A stretch of 49,861 bases of DNA, filler included, from Bipalium vagum (lineage: Eukaryota), in NCBI GenBank assembly GCA_037834085.1. It is 3 parts of 3 records of this genome, joined end to end, with 100 filler letters (N's around TTAATTAATTAA, not from the genome) between each part and the next. Parts side by side here need not be neighbours in the genome. Positions count along the whole stretch, not along the records: positions 17,495 to 32,974 come from JBBMKC010154405.1; positions 33,075 to 49,861 come from JBBMKC010094015.1; 1 more part is not named here. One strand, given 5' to 3'. Made by a program: the position numbers and the translations under genes. Under the pieces are notes generated by a model. That model was not told the DNA's origin and made no database searches. It saw only the letters and a list, made by a program, of their open reading frames with translations. Positions 24,801 to 36,751 of the stretch are shown in pieces. Position 1 is the first letter of the stretch, and each line of letters starts with the position of its first letter.

Positions 24801-27800
24801 TTGTTCATCAAATCTTCATTCAGTTCTCTTTCACACAGCTCTCTTTAGTTCTATTCCTGATCAGTACTGTCAGATCGTCTTTTTACTCTATTAAATGAAG
24901 ATCTATGAAGATCACAGTGATTTCAATCAAATTTTAAATACACAAATAACATTTAAATATCTTGGTGGTATCTTGAATAAGATGTAACTATTTTTTGTGA
25001 AAATTTAATCGTCCAAAGGACTTGAGAAGAATTTTCGCATATTTGTTACTCTCGTCCAAGATTCCATAACTGGTCGATAATTTTGAATCAATGTCGAGCC
25101 TTTTAATCTTTTTTTACAATTATTAAGTATCAAACTTTTCATTCTGGTAGCATGGTTTTCTTATCTCAAAAAGAATTCTGCAACAATGGTTAATACTTAT
25201 AGAAGCTATACTATATATTAATACAGATGATGTTCTTATCATCAAAATGAAAACAACAACTTTATTGAAAATTTTACATAAAGTAATCACCCTGAGTCTG
25301 AATACTGTGATCCATTCAATCTTCTCTTTTATGGTAGACTTTGTGTCAGTCCTGAGAATGAATTGTATCAAAGAAGGTATGAACAGCATTATCCAACTCT
25401 TTCTGATGCAAAATTTTGCTCCGTCAATTTTTTTTCTGATTCTTGAATTGCCAAAAATCACAGGACCTAGGTCTGGACTATAAGATGAGTGTGGAAGCAA
25501 CTAAATACCCATACTACTCAAATATTTGGCCGTAAATATAATCCTATGTGGTCGAGCATTATCGTGATATAAAATTATTCCCTTTATGCCAGATTTTAGA
25601 TGTCTCTCAAAGATGGCCGCGATGACTTGAGACAAATATATGTTCTTATACTAATCTTCCATGATCTTCTCTCACGTTTCCAACTTGACTATTTTGATTA
25701 TTCCTGTCGAGCAGAAAAATACAGTGTACATTAAATTTTTCGTATGTTTCTCAGCTTTCAAGATGTTAGAAATTAAGTGGTCCATATATGATTCACATAT
25801 ACACCACACACATGTACATCAATGTATATCATTGTATATCAATGACAGAAAATGGAAAATGAATATCGTTAAAAATTCTCTCATTTATATAAATAATAAA
25901 TTATACAATAATAGGAAATCATAGAAATAATTGTTAGTTTTTTACAAAATAACTTTAGTGTGCTATGAAAGACGAATATTTCTACCTTTTGTATTTAGAT
26001 TTCATTATANNNNNNNNNNNNNNNNNNNNNNNNNNNNNNNNNNNNNNNNNNNNNNNNNNNNNNNNNNNNNNNNNNNNNNNNNNNNNNNNNNNNNNNNNNN
26101 NNNNNNNNNNNNNNNNNNNNNNNNNNNNNNNNNNNNNNNNNAGTTCCATACCATTCACATTATTCGACTTCCTATTCTCATTAGGCTGTTGACCATTATT
26201 GACGAGAGCTTGTTTATATTTCTGTTTCGCTGCTTCAAATGATGCTTTTTCAATCTAAAATTATTTTGTTATTTATTCTCTATTTATTATCAACTACGAA
26301 ATGTAGATTGTGCAACAGTCTCTGCTGTTCTAATTCTCGAATGAAACTGACTCATTGAAAGTATGGTACTTTAATGTAAGATAGATAATAATGATATTTA
26401 GACTCCTTTCGTTTAAATAAATAAAAAAAATCGAAAAAAAAAAATATTTTCATTTTAAATGATTTTAGTTGACGGTTACACAAACATTTCAGACTGAAAT
26501 AAATTTATTTTTATAAATTTTAATTCCCCTAAAATCTCTTAATTTTGATATTCATTTATTTTCTTTCATACGATTCTTCTCCGAAAAAAATTCAATATTT
26601 ATTTTATATCACACGTAGGCCCTTGACCTGTCACATGCCCATGGACTAATATATCATTATTATTTTTTTTTATTATTTTTTTTTATTATTATTATTATTA
26701 TAAGTTTTGAAATAAGGGATAGTAAATATATAAATAAACTTGAATTTTTTCATTACCATTAATACTGTTAATATATTTTGCAGAAGCATTCGAAATTAAG
26801 TTACTTGATGTTTATATAGCAATAAATATATTTAATATAAATTTTAAAATATATAAATATTAAATTAAAATATATTTAAATGTTTAAAATATTATTTCGT
26901 GATTTATTTTTATTAAACTATTTTTATTAATATTTCACACTTTAGTTTGTTTTTTGTTTTTAGTTTAAATATTCTCATTTTAATTAGATGATAATTAGTT
27001 CTTAATTAGTGTAATTCAATCGATATTATTTTACTTTTATTAAACAAAATCGAAATATTTTAAAATATATTACAAAATTTTCAGATCTGAAGACGTTTCA
27101 GTCAATATTTAACTGTAATTCATAAATAAATTGTATAAAATGTAACAATGGCTTTTATTTTTCAATATTTTTCTGACATTTAAGTATATTATTATTGACA
27201 TTATTTTCAATGAAATTTCAATAATTTAAGACTCCATTTCCATTGGTTGAAAATAAAATAATATATTCAATAAAAATCTTTTGTTTATGCTGAACATGAA
27301 TTTTTTATTATAAATCAAAATATTAAAAAATCTCAGTCTTGAAAAATTGAGCTTTCATTAACGTTTTTCACATAGATAATTTTTAATTTGGGTTACATTG
27401 AAAATGAAATAGAAAACATCAAAAATTTACTTCTAATCTTTGATCATATCTCTCATTGGCGTTATTCCGACCACTTTCGTTTTTAGATTGCTGAGTTCGA
27501 TATTGTGAAGGAATACTAATTTCAGAGAGTTTCTTCAAAGTATTAGGATTTGCTTCATTGTACCTTGAAGAATCATATTCTCCGGGATTCAAAATTAGAT
27601 CTGAATGTCTCACATCGGGAAGAGTAGTATTCAAAAAAGGATGGTTATTATTATTCAACCCTTGCTCCTTATGAAAGTACGGATTGTGTTTTTCACTTTT
27701 CATTGAAGTGCTTTTCAGATTTTGCTGAATTTCACCATTAAATTCTATTGAATCCTTTGAAAGAGAATCAGAGCTTGATCTTAAGTCTATATCAATGACC

Positions 27801-30800
27801 CCTTTAGCTCCTGGTATTTCAACACTACTGGTTTGTGAAATGAGATCAAGTGGTGGAACTGAAGAATGCTGGTAGTCGTTAGAGTGATCTTCAAATCTTG
27901 ATGTTAATACTCAAATTGAAATTCAAATGATGTACAAATAAATAATTGACAATAATCAATTTGATTTGTATAAAATTCTAAAAAAGTTATGACTTTAGAT
28001 AAGCTAAAATCACATATTCATTTTTTCATAAGGACTATATTAATTTATTAATGAATAAAGAGCAGGTTGGTAGCAAAATGATGTTTGACCATAGAAATAA
28101 TGAAAAAACATTATAAATAAATCCCATAAGCCCTTTGTCAAAATCACCTTGTGCCTCTCAAAAAATATTATATTTTCTATCTTATAACTACATAACATAC
28201 CGAGAAATATTGCTAATTATTTTTTTTATTTTGTTTTACATTCTTTAATTGATATTTCTAGTCGTTCAATGAAGCCCGTGGAAAAAAGAAGATGTAAACA
28301 TTTCTCTACCAAAAAATAAATAAATAAATATCCAGAACAATGAAATTCGTAACTTACAATTAATCTGTTAGAAAAGTTACAGAAAAGTAGTGTAATTTTA
28401 ATATCATTTGACCTGAAGATATTTTCGATAAAAGTTTCCATTAAAAAATAAGTAATTCTGCTCTTATTATAAAAAATATTTTGTTTTAAGTCCCGGAGAG
28501 TCGATTTCTATGAAAATAAAAAAAGTAATAAATTTCACTCAAGCTACAACATATGTTTGATTTATTGCCTATTCGACTTTTCACCATATTCTATTTCGCT
28601 ATTTGTTTTTATTTATAATTTATTATGTACGTTTACACACGTATATGATATTTTTCACCAACTTAATTTGTGTACTTATTCATGGTTATTTAAAAATTGG
28701 TTATCATTATTTAATAATTGTAGATAATTTGTTTAAGTTTTCAGATTGCGCGAGTAGAATTGGCGCAATTTTCAAAATGTAGAATCTTATAAAACAATTG
28801 CCATAAAATCTTATAAAACGCGCAAAATTCTACTCGCGCACCCCGCAGATAAAATAGCTTTGGTGAATAAATTACCTCGAATTCAGACATTTTTAGTACC
28901 AAAAATGAAGATCAAAATCAAAGATAAAAATCTAAACAAATCACAAAGAGAGATGTAATATTATACTGCAACATTCAACGTTTTTCTTGGTAACAATCCT
29001 AATACAACTAAGACCTAACAAATATTTTGACTAACAGAAAATCGAGATTTTGAAATCGAAAGCAATGAAGCAGCGGGATATTACATCTTTTCAGAATAAA
29101 AATTAAGAGTCTATTTTTACCAAGTATTTAGCTTGATATTCGAATTTTCACCAGTACCGTCTTCACCTTTAGAATATTTAATATAATTGTATTCAATAAA
29201 GAATTGTTAAATTATGAAAACTTAAAGGTATTAATAAAGCATTTTCCGATTAAATATGCAACATTTTAAACACGCTGTATATGCTAAAGTAATTAATGAA
29301 ATCAATGTAATTGATTTGAATTTTAAATTGCTGTCTCTAAGAATTCATCAACTTTGCATTCTTGGAATTTACTTACTGAAAGACGACCTATGCAAAAGGA
29401 GAATCGTGAAAAAATTTTGAGCAAATTCATTGAAAGCCCACATCAATTAAAACGAAATATCCCTAGAGAACTAGGAATTGCTCCAAGTACCGGTAGTCAA
29501 GTAATTAGTCGATGGCTTGCAATGGGGACAACAGATAGAAAGCCTAGAATTGATGGAGATCCTAAAAGCAACAAAAATCTTGCTACAACCATAGATCGAT
29601 CCTTCTCAAGAAATACCAAACTAAACGTTCTCGATTTAGATTTGAGCAACAATATCCAGAAAAAACTAAAACACAATGAGGGTTAAGCAATCACCACCAA
29701 AATAAGAGCCCAAAAATTGTACTCCAACCTTTTAGCCAGCTATGACGGATTTGTAATGATGGACGACGAAACATACATCAAAGCAGACTCCAATTAAATT
29801 CCAGGTCAGCATTACTACTCTGAGTGTGATAACAGAGATGTAAACCACCGATTTAAGTACAAATATGTTGAGAAGTACAACAAGCCCCATGCTAATTGGG
29901 GACTGCGAACGACCTCGTACGTCACCTCAGTAACTTTGACTAGTAAAAAATACATCAAGGAATGCTTACAAAAGCAACTTTTTCCACTGTATCGAAAACA
30001 CGACACAACTCTTATCTTCTGGCCAGAGTTACAATTTCTTGGTTGGAAGCAAACAAAATCAACTACGTCGTGAAGGACTTGAGCTCGTCAAATTTTCCAA
30101 CGTTTCGAGGAATCGAGAAATATTTGACAGCCCCTAAACGAATCTAATAAACAATTTGATTCTTTCAAATGAAGAGTACATGCTGCCAGTAATGTTTGAT
30201 AAAAACATTGTGCAAAATTTTTTGAGGCACATGAAGGCAAACCTACGTAAGTTCTGCAGAGATGAAGAGATCTAAGACATGTTTATTGTTGTTTGCATAT
30301 TTTAAGCTCTTTCCTATAACATGTGAAAAGAGTTAAATATACATTCGTTTAGGAAATATTTGATTTCTAATATGTTCATTTTTAACGGCACTTACTTTTT
30401 TATCAGTAATAATTATTATATGGTTTGAATAATTTTTTTAGGGAGCATTTGAAAATTTTATAAATATTTACAAATTGTCGACGTAATAGTAATATATTAT
30501 ATTATTTAATGAAATTTTTTGAATCTATAGAGTAGATTAATTTATATTAGCTTTAGAAAATAAATCAATACAATTAATAATTTATATTTAAAAGAAAAAA
30601 ATCAAAATAACGATAAATTGATTCAACTTCAAAAATTACAATGAAATAATTTTGTCAATCATATTTCAATATCCTTGTGAATTTTATTATTAAATTACTT
30701 TTTAATTAAAATTTTGAAATAATATTTAATAAAATGGTTTTTAACAATTATTAATTAGTTTTCCTCTTTCTGTCAATAAATTAATGTTTTTATGAGATAT

Positions 30801-31169
30801 TTCGAACCTTTAGAAGATTTTAATAAAATAATTAAATGTGTAAGTTTGACAAAATTAATTTAAGTACCGACCGAATTATTTTATACGCATTTACTTTTTA
30901 AGTGTATAAAAAAACTTTACTCACCTGCTATTAGAAGGTACCCTTTCCGTAAATTTTAACTGATCAATACTGTAATTTGGATAATAATCATTTCTCTTTC
31001 CTTCAAAAACTATTGGAAAAATATCAGTTTCTACTTCTTCCAGTCGGCTACTAATATAACGAAATTCATCATTGTCCGTTTCCGGCCAGTCCACATAAAC
31101 TCTTTCAATGTTATCATCTTTTTTTGAATTTATCCCAATAAATTCATTCTCGTGAGATTCATAAAACAT
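21500..31169 (-). CDS. JHY: JHY-like protein (juvenile hydrocephalus / C11orf63 family), 8 coding exons, at least ~725 aa
   Basis: Exons 31169-30925, 27896-27431, 26254-26152, 24713-24436, 24383-23979, (gap)23744-23575, 22065-21925, 21871-21500. All visible junctions are GT-AG and phase-consistent (2,0,1,0,gap,0,0). The last two exons join to YEQYTLRDFQNLKHIDRGGGLGPNIGSDSFNQIKEKIIRQKNYAKAVHEKN, matching the JHY signature YTLKDY..LGGLGP...QKEYAKQV.E.N. The N-terminal part is low-complexity, S/N/Q/K-rich. Confidence 0.82.
21925..22065 (-). CDS. JHY: JHY-like exon 7 (conserved YTL..GGLGP motif)
   Basis: Acceptor tttcag|, 47 codons SSGYAAHFRQKAKTYEQYTLRDFQNLKHIDRGGGLGPNIGSDSFNQI, donor |GTTAAT, then a 53-nt intron. 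Confidence 0.85.
22220..23330 (-). mobile_element. Degenerate maT-like (DD37D-type) transposon in JHY intron 6
   Basis: Minus strand: SIMV*RGIYKDK, ILISHGEKLNTKSY, AKIVQVLSLINCPDFMSVSD*SSYIPDLNFLDFSVW (cf. WPPYSPDLNPLDYSVW). Boundaries approximate. Confidence 0.7.
23575..23744 (-). CDS. JHY: JHY-like exon 6 (5' end hidden in the N gap)
   Basis: HDSDFMLKDPPFKRQPTL...RFPPILQS...LFNN; donor |GTACGT, phase 0. Confidence 0.72.
23745..23907. other. Sequence gap (163 N) covering the acceptor of JHY exon 6
   Basis: Run of N. Confidence 0.99.
23979..24383 (-). CDS. JHY: JHY-like exon 5, containing a poly-Asn tract
   Basis: Acceptor ttcttag|, 135 open codons (FHCQQNADK...HRISQQ), donor CAG|GTTTCT. 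Confidence 0.78.
24436..24713 (-). CDS. JHY: JHY-like exon 4
   Basis: Acceptor aattag|, donor |GTAATA; followed by a 52-nt intron (24435-24384). Confidence 0.78.
25240..25760 (-). mobile_element. Mariner (DD34D) 3' part in JHY intron 3
   Basis: GIILYHDNARPH...LLPHSSYSPDLGP-DFW, with spacing consistent with 34 after repairing one frameshift. Confidence 0.85.
26010..26141. other. Sequence gap (132 N) in JHY intron 3
   Basis: Run of N. Confidence 0.99.
26152..26254 (-). CDS. JHY: JHY-like exon 3 (IEKASFEAAKQKYKQALVNN...)
   Basis: Acceptor ttttag|, donor G|GTATGG, 103 nt. Supplies the phase 0 to phase 1 change needed between exons 2 and 4. Confidence 0.72.
27431..27896 (-). CDS. JHY: JHY-like exon 2
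   Basis: 466-nt open frame (FEDHSNDYQHSSVPPLDL...YDQRLE); acceptor caag|, donor |GTAAAT. Confidence 0.75.
28747..28840. repeat. 94-bp MITE-like fold-back in JHY intron 1
   Basis: Perfect 15-bp inverted repeat TGCGCGAGTAGAATT (28747-28761) / AATTCTACTCGCGCA (28826-28840), with the internal direct repeat AATCTTATAAAAC twice. Confidence 0.7.
29235..30398 (+). mobile_element. Degenerate ITmD37E-like (DD37E) transposon in JHY intron 1, antisense to the gene
   Basis: HTH region MQKENREKILSKF..ELGIAPST. MMDDETYIKADSN*IPGQHYY (29756-29818), IFWPE, and WLEANKINYVVKDLSSSNFPTFRGIEKY, cf. ITmD37E motifs DDETYVKADF.Q.PG, FWPDLA and NPPN.P..RPIEKYW. Degenerate TIR-like ends. The D-E spacing cannot be counted because of a deletion. 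Confidence 0.75.
30925..31169 (-). CDS. JHY: JHY-like coding exon 1 (MFYESHEN...VPSNS)
   Basis: Open frame ending at a consensus donor CAG|GTGAGT. Phase 2 fits the next exon. The ATG is preceded by AAG, so a further upstream exon is possible. Confidence 0.7.
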
Positions 31170-31957
31170 CTTTATTAATTTAAAAGTGTATAATTTATCT
31201 TAGATACATTATCTATATTTTACAATTTTAAACAAAAACATATTTCATGAAGTAATTTAAACTATTTTTGAAATCAAAATTTATTTACTAAGTTTTTTAA
31301 TTATATATAATTTTTAAATAGACATATTTAGAAAATATATATTAATAAAACTTAGAGCCGCGAAATGAAACAGTTAAATAAAAAATTTTGCGGATCTTAA
31401 TTACTAATCAAAAAAAAATTATTAAAAAATTCATTTATCTTTAAGTGTTGAATTACTACAACTTTGAATGTGAATAAAATTTGTAAAATATATCCAAATT
31501 CAATTCTGTTTTAAAACAAAGGTTGATGTATGTTTTATTGGTCTAATTTATAATAATTATATGTTTAGCTAAATTATTTTCAAAAATGAGGTCAAAGCAA
31601 TAAGTAATTTGAAATCCCATTGTATATACCATTAATATATATTTTTGAAAAAAATTTCTATTGTATCAATTTTTTCTTGGAAACTGTTTCAAAAAGCTTA
31701 ACTTACAATATTTTAAAATTTCAAAAAAATAGAATGTAAGCAAGGATACATTCTAAATACTAAATATTATGACCAATAAAGATTTAAATACCTTTATCAT
31801 TAGTTTACTCTAACTCAGGATCGAAATTTAAAGAATTATTGAATTTATTATAACTTATTTGAAATAGTAAGATAATTATTACTTCACTGCGATAATTAAA
31901 TCTAAAATACAGAGCGTAAAAAAAATTTCCCGTTTCTGCTTTTGTTTAATTTTTCAA

Positions 31958-31973
31958 GTTTTTATCTAGCAAC
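31958..31973. promoter_or_regulatory. Candidate RFX/X-box site upstream of the JHY-like gene
   Basis: GTTTTTATCTAGCAAC contains a good half-site CTAGCAAC ~790 bp upstream of the ATG; the other half is poor. Confidence 0.25.
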
Positions 31974-32974
31974 TACTGTCTAGTGAATTAATCACCGAAT
32001 GATTATTTTATTTCAGAGTGTCTACATTCCTAGTGTAGATTTATTTCCGCTTAAAATTAAAATATAATTGTCGTTTTGATATTTAAATATTATTAATACA
32101 AAAACATATTTTGCTACCTACAGTAATTAGTTGTTTTGACGATTTATAGACAGCAGTAGATGTCTAAGAATTGATGTAAGGCCGATCGGTGATCTCATAT
32201 ATAGAGACCTTGTAAATCTGGAAAGACAGAGAGAAAAATTAACACTAATTTTGGTTGAAGAGTATATTTATTGACTAAGAGCTAAATATTTTTCTGGTTA
32301 TTAAAAAATTACAAGTGTTAAGACTCGGAATAACGAGATAAGTATAATAATAGTGATAATAAAGAATAATTTTTCAAAAATCGATTTTTATTTAAGTCAA
32401 GAGAATGCAAATAATTTTTGATACATTCTCATCGATTTTGTTCAGCTGCACGGTAGTTGATTGTAATAGGTATAATCAGCTAATTCATTTTATGTTTTAA
32501 ATTTTTTATTCATTTAATTAATTAATTTTAAGAATTTACATAAATATTTTTTATAATTTGCTTTTTTATAATTCTTTTTATCAAATCAATAATGAAGTTC
32601 ATCAGATCTAAATAGTCATAATACATAACCATAATATATAATTTTAATTAACGATTTTAATTGATAACAAAATTAACATTTTTGTTGTATAAAAATGTTT
32701 TTTAAAATCTTAATTACACCTGGATTAGGGGCTTTTGCATTTGGTAACTATTCAATCTGAGAGACAGAAGAAAAAATTATTTTTCCTTTTTGCCATAATA
32801 GGACTTATTTTATATTAGTTCATATTAAAGCTCTTAGTACTTCATTATCTAAGTGAAAATTGGATATGTAATGAATAGTGACTTCATGTTTATTAACTGT
32901 AAGACCGTCACCAAATGTAAGTGTTTGGTCAAATTTACTTTGGTTCGACGCTTACTGCGAGATCTAATCTCGAA

Positions 32975-33074
32975 NNNNNNNNNNNNNNNNNNNNNNNNNN
33001 NNNNNNNNNNNNNNNNNNTTAATTAATTAANNNNNNNNNNNNNNNNNNNNNNNNNNNNNNNNNNNNNNNNNNNN
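32975..33074. other. Artificial assembly linker (44 N + TTAATTAATTAA + 44 N)
   Basis: Same 100-nt construct as 17395-17494. Confidence 0.95.
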
Positions 33075-36000
33075 AGGAAAGTTACAAATTGCAGCAGGAT
33101 TAGCAATTGACGCAAAAATAGGAGTAAGGACAAGACAAGCCATTACCGAAGTACCAGGAGAACCCTAAATATTGAACAGTATGTTAGATGTGTTGTATTC
33201 TGCGCTGCCGAAGATTTGTGAAATTTTTTTGCAATTATTAATAAATTTCAGAATCCAAGAAAACGAATACAAGAATGCAAAGATGATGAAAAAGAGTGAA
33301 ATAAACAAAGTGAAGACCAAAAAGAAATGAAAAAAGAAGACGGTGCAAAAATGTTATTAAATTAAGTGTTGTTTGTTTTTAGTTGCATCGGCTACCAATT
33401 TATATTTTCTATTTTTCTATTTACTAAATTACTTTTTTAACAATATTACATTTCTAACTTTAGTTTTTTTATCATCTACCAAAACTGCCCTTAGTAATCG
33501 TCTCGGTCGAAATTCACGCATTCTCAGGTCATGTGTACATTAATTGTTAAAATTTTTGAAACCATAACGAAAAAATTAAAATTGAAGATTTCAGTTTTAT
33601 ACAACTGGTTTAAGTTTTTTATTTAATGATTTTGATGTATTTACTGTTTCTTAAGTTAAAAAATAAAATAATTTTTATTAAGATTAATTTAACACTTTTT
33701 ACACTCAAAATCCTAATATGTTTTCAAACTTGAGGTAATTTTTGATAAATTTTTCTATGCTCAAAGTTTAATATACTTTTTCATGGTTCAACCTTTAAGA
33801 ATAAATTTATAAGTTTAAAATAGCTGTAATTTCTTACCAGTTATAGAAGTATTTAAACTAACTATAAATCAAGTAATAAGGACTTATAATTAATTAACGA
33901 TTTAAATTTATAGTATATATACATTTTTTGGAGACAATACAATTACCTAGATGATTATAATTATCAAAAATAAGATAGATTTTATTAAATTGATGTTTTT
34001 TCTTTATCAGGCCGAGAACTTTTCACATCTCCCTCGTATATATAATCGTTTTTCTTCTATGACAGTGATGAGTTCAATTAATAACTTTAATAATGGTTTT
34101 CCATTTTTAATATATTCATTAGTTTGATATGCTACTATATATGATATGAATATCCTTGTTACACAAACGCTTTGTCAGAATTACTGACGCATTTGTTTAA
34201 ATGATTCAAAATCTAAAAACCATGAATAACATTTTCTAACATCAAAATTAAAAATAAAACAACCCTGAAAAAAAAACTCATTTAAACAAATACATCTGTG
34301 ATTCTAAAATCACTCAATGTTACGTTATGTAATCTTAACCAAAAATGTTGAAATTTATAACCAAATGAAAAGTGATAATAGAGTAAACTTTAAAATAATG
34401 ATTAACACACAAAGAAAGGAAATAATAAATAAAAAATAGTATCTTTTTTTTTATTAATATTAACTAATTACGGTAACATAATTAAGCGGCTTCAGAAAAA
34501 AGTAGTAACGCAATATAATGATAATGATAATATTATAATGGTAATTAATGTATAATATACATGAATATGATTATAATTTTCCCAGTGTTATCTGATCCTA
34601 TTTGAACATAATTGATCTTATTTTCGACCATGAAAAGAATAGGAAAATATTTCACAAATTATTTTTTTTATAAAAGCTGCTCTGCTTGGTGATCATAGCG
34701 ATTTTACATCTAATTTTACGTGAAAAAATATTTTTCTTTCGATACATTATATTACCTGTAAAAAAATAATATTCTCATTAATTAAATGACGGTCATTTTC
34801 CAGTTACATCTACTTAACGAGGGTAACCGACGTTTGAAAATCGACATAATGAAAGACTAATTGGGTATTGGAAAATATAATGTGGCTGTATCAAGCTACG
34901 CAAACTATTAAACAAAAACTATCATTATTATTAGTTAAGCCCATCCAGCCATTAGGCTTAATATAAAGAGAACAAAAATCAAAATAGTCAAATAAAATTG
35001 CAAAATCGATTTGAATAAGACTATAGGAACAGTACTGGTCTCATTTCGTCTCTGATTAGTTTATTATTATTATTATTATTACTATCATCATCATTACTGC
35101 CATGACTGTTCTAATGAATTCACTGTTTATAGGTATGTTGGGTTATTTGTTTTTTCATATGATTATTATTATTTATTTTCAAGAAATTCGAATTCCCAAT
35201 TTTTCTCTTTATTTTCAGCTGCTGAAATAAAATAATTTCGTTAAAAATTAAAAATATTTACTCTAATTAAAAAGTCTGACGTGAATAAATTATATTTTAT
35301 ATTTTTCTCGTTTCTTCAATATTGAAAAAAAATGAAGTGCGTGCTATTATTTTATGTATTTTTTTTTGTTTAAATTATAAATGAATTTTATGACAGTATT
35401 TTAAACAACTTAAATGATAAGCATATTCAATATGGATCGGTAGCGTATAAATTTATTATTTAGACCAATTGGAAAAAATATAAATTTGTACATTTAATTA
35501 TAAATTTAATATATTATTTAATATTTATTTAATATTTTATTTTATCATTGTTTATGTTATTTTTTATTTTAAAACGATATATAATTATAAATAATTATAA
35601 AAGCTGTGTAAAATAAAATTTATTTACATATTTCATAGATATTTGTTTTTATTGTCCCTGGTGGATAAAGTGTTATAATATTAATGAAATTAATGAGATA
35701 AATACATTAACTTAATTTTAATTAATTTTTCGCTATTTATATTATTTTTATAGTTATTTAATGAAATTTAGATATTATGAATTATATATTTAATGGAAAA
35801 ATAATATTTAAAATATCAAATTGTAGAAAAATTTACTGATAAAAAATTTTGCTGGTAAACAAATCGATAAATGAACTATAAAAATTAGGAAAGGTCTGAG
35901 GTTTGTGGTCGGGAGTAAATATATTACTTGTTATAGTACATTTATTAGATTTAGGAAATATGATTTGACCTCCTAACTTAAAATTACAAAAATATTAAAT

Positions 36001-36149
36001 TTATTAAGATTATTTAAACTTTTTATACTAGACATATTCCTGCCCAATAAAATTGTTCTGATGAGTAAAATTTCTGAAAAAATAACATTTTATAATTTTA
36101 CTTCAATAAAAACAAAATTGTGCCTAAGTCAATGAACATCTTTGTGTAT

Positions 36150-36620
36150 ATACCAAAAGAAAACTTTATCAAAGCCACTATAAAGACATTGTTTGGGTAA
36201 CTCCTTTCAACAAATTTCAATGATTTACCTCAGGGTGGTTGACCACTCACTTAAATCGTAAAGGTCATCAAGAAGTAATCATGACGTCATTATTGACCTA
36301 AAGTATGCCAAAAATATTTTAAAAAAATTATAGCCAGACTTGATTGAAAAATTATCATTTTACAATAGATAAGGAAAAAGGATTGTTACCAGAAACTATT
36401 TTTTTCATTTTATGGTTTGAGCATTAAGCTTCTTTGAAATGGTGAGGGTTTGATAAAACTCTGTTTAAGTCTACAATGGTAAACATATTCTAAAGTAACT
36501 AAAAATAATTAAGTACATATTTGTAATTAGACAGTGAGATTAAAGCGTTCAACCAAGTATCTTTTCAAAGAAAATTTATTTCAAATTAGCAGGTCTCAAC
36601 AGAATACTTCTAAAGAAGTT
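36150..36620 (-). mobile_element. Possible CR1/L2-like LINE reverse-transcriptase fossil
   Basis: In the expected order on the minus strand: RPANLK*IFFEKIL, IVDLNRV..PH and DDLYDLSEWS (cf. YRP.SL..K..EK, LDF.KAFD.V.H and DL..L.EW). Very decayed. Confidence 0.3.
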
Positions 36621-36751
36621 CAATTTCGTGAAATAAGAAGTAAGCATTTTAAATGGTATTTTTGCTAACATTTTGTACGTGCAGTTAAAGTTAAGTTGCT
36701 TTTAAATTTTAAGATGAAAGTAACCTAAACAAATATTTCCTTGAACTAGTA

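Noticed and set aside
25986-26009. Possible continuation of JHY exon 3 through the N gap to a GTAGAA donor
   Set aside because: The only open frame ends in phase 2, but exon 4 needs phase 1; the GTATGG donor at 26151 fits.
33075-33350. GC-richer coding-like stretch next to the second linker, with possible splice signals on both strands
   Set aside because: Plus-strand frames contain stops, and the minus-strand peptide GSPGTSVMACLVLTP... is only 30 aa and cut by the linker. It cannot be assigned without a search.
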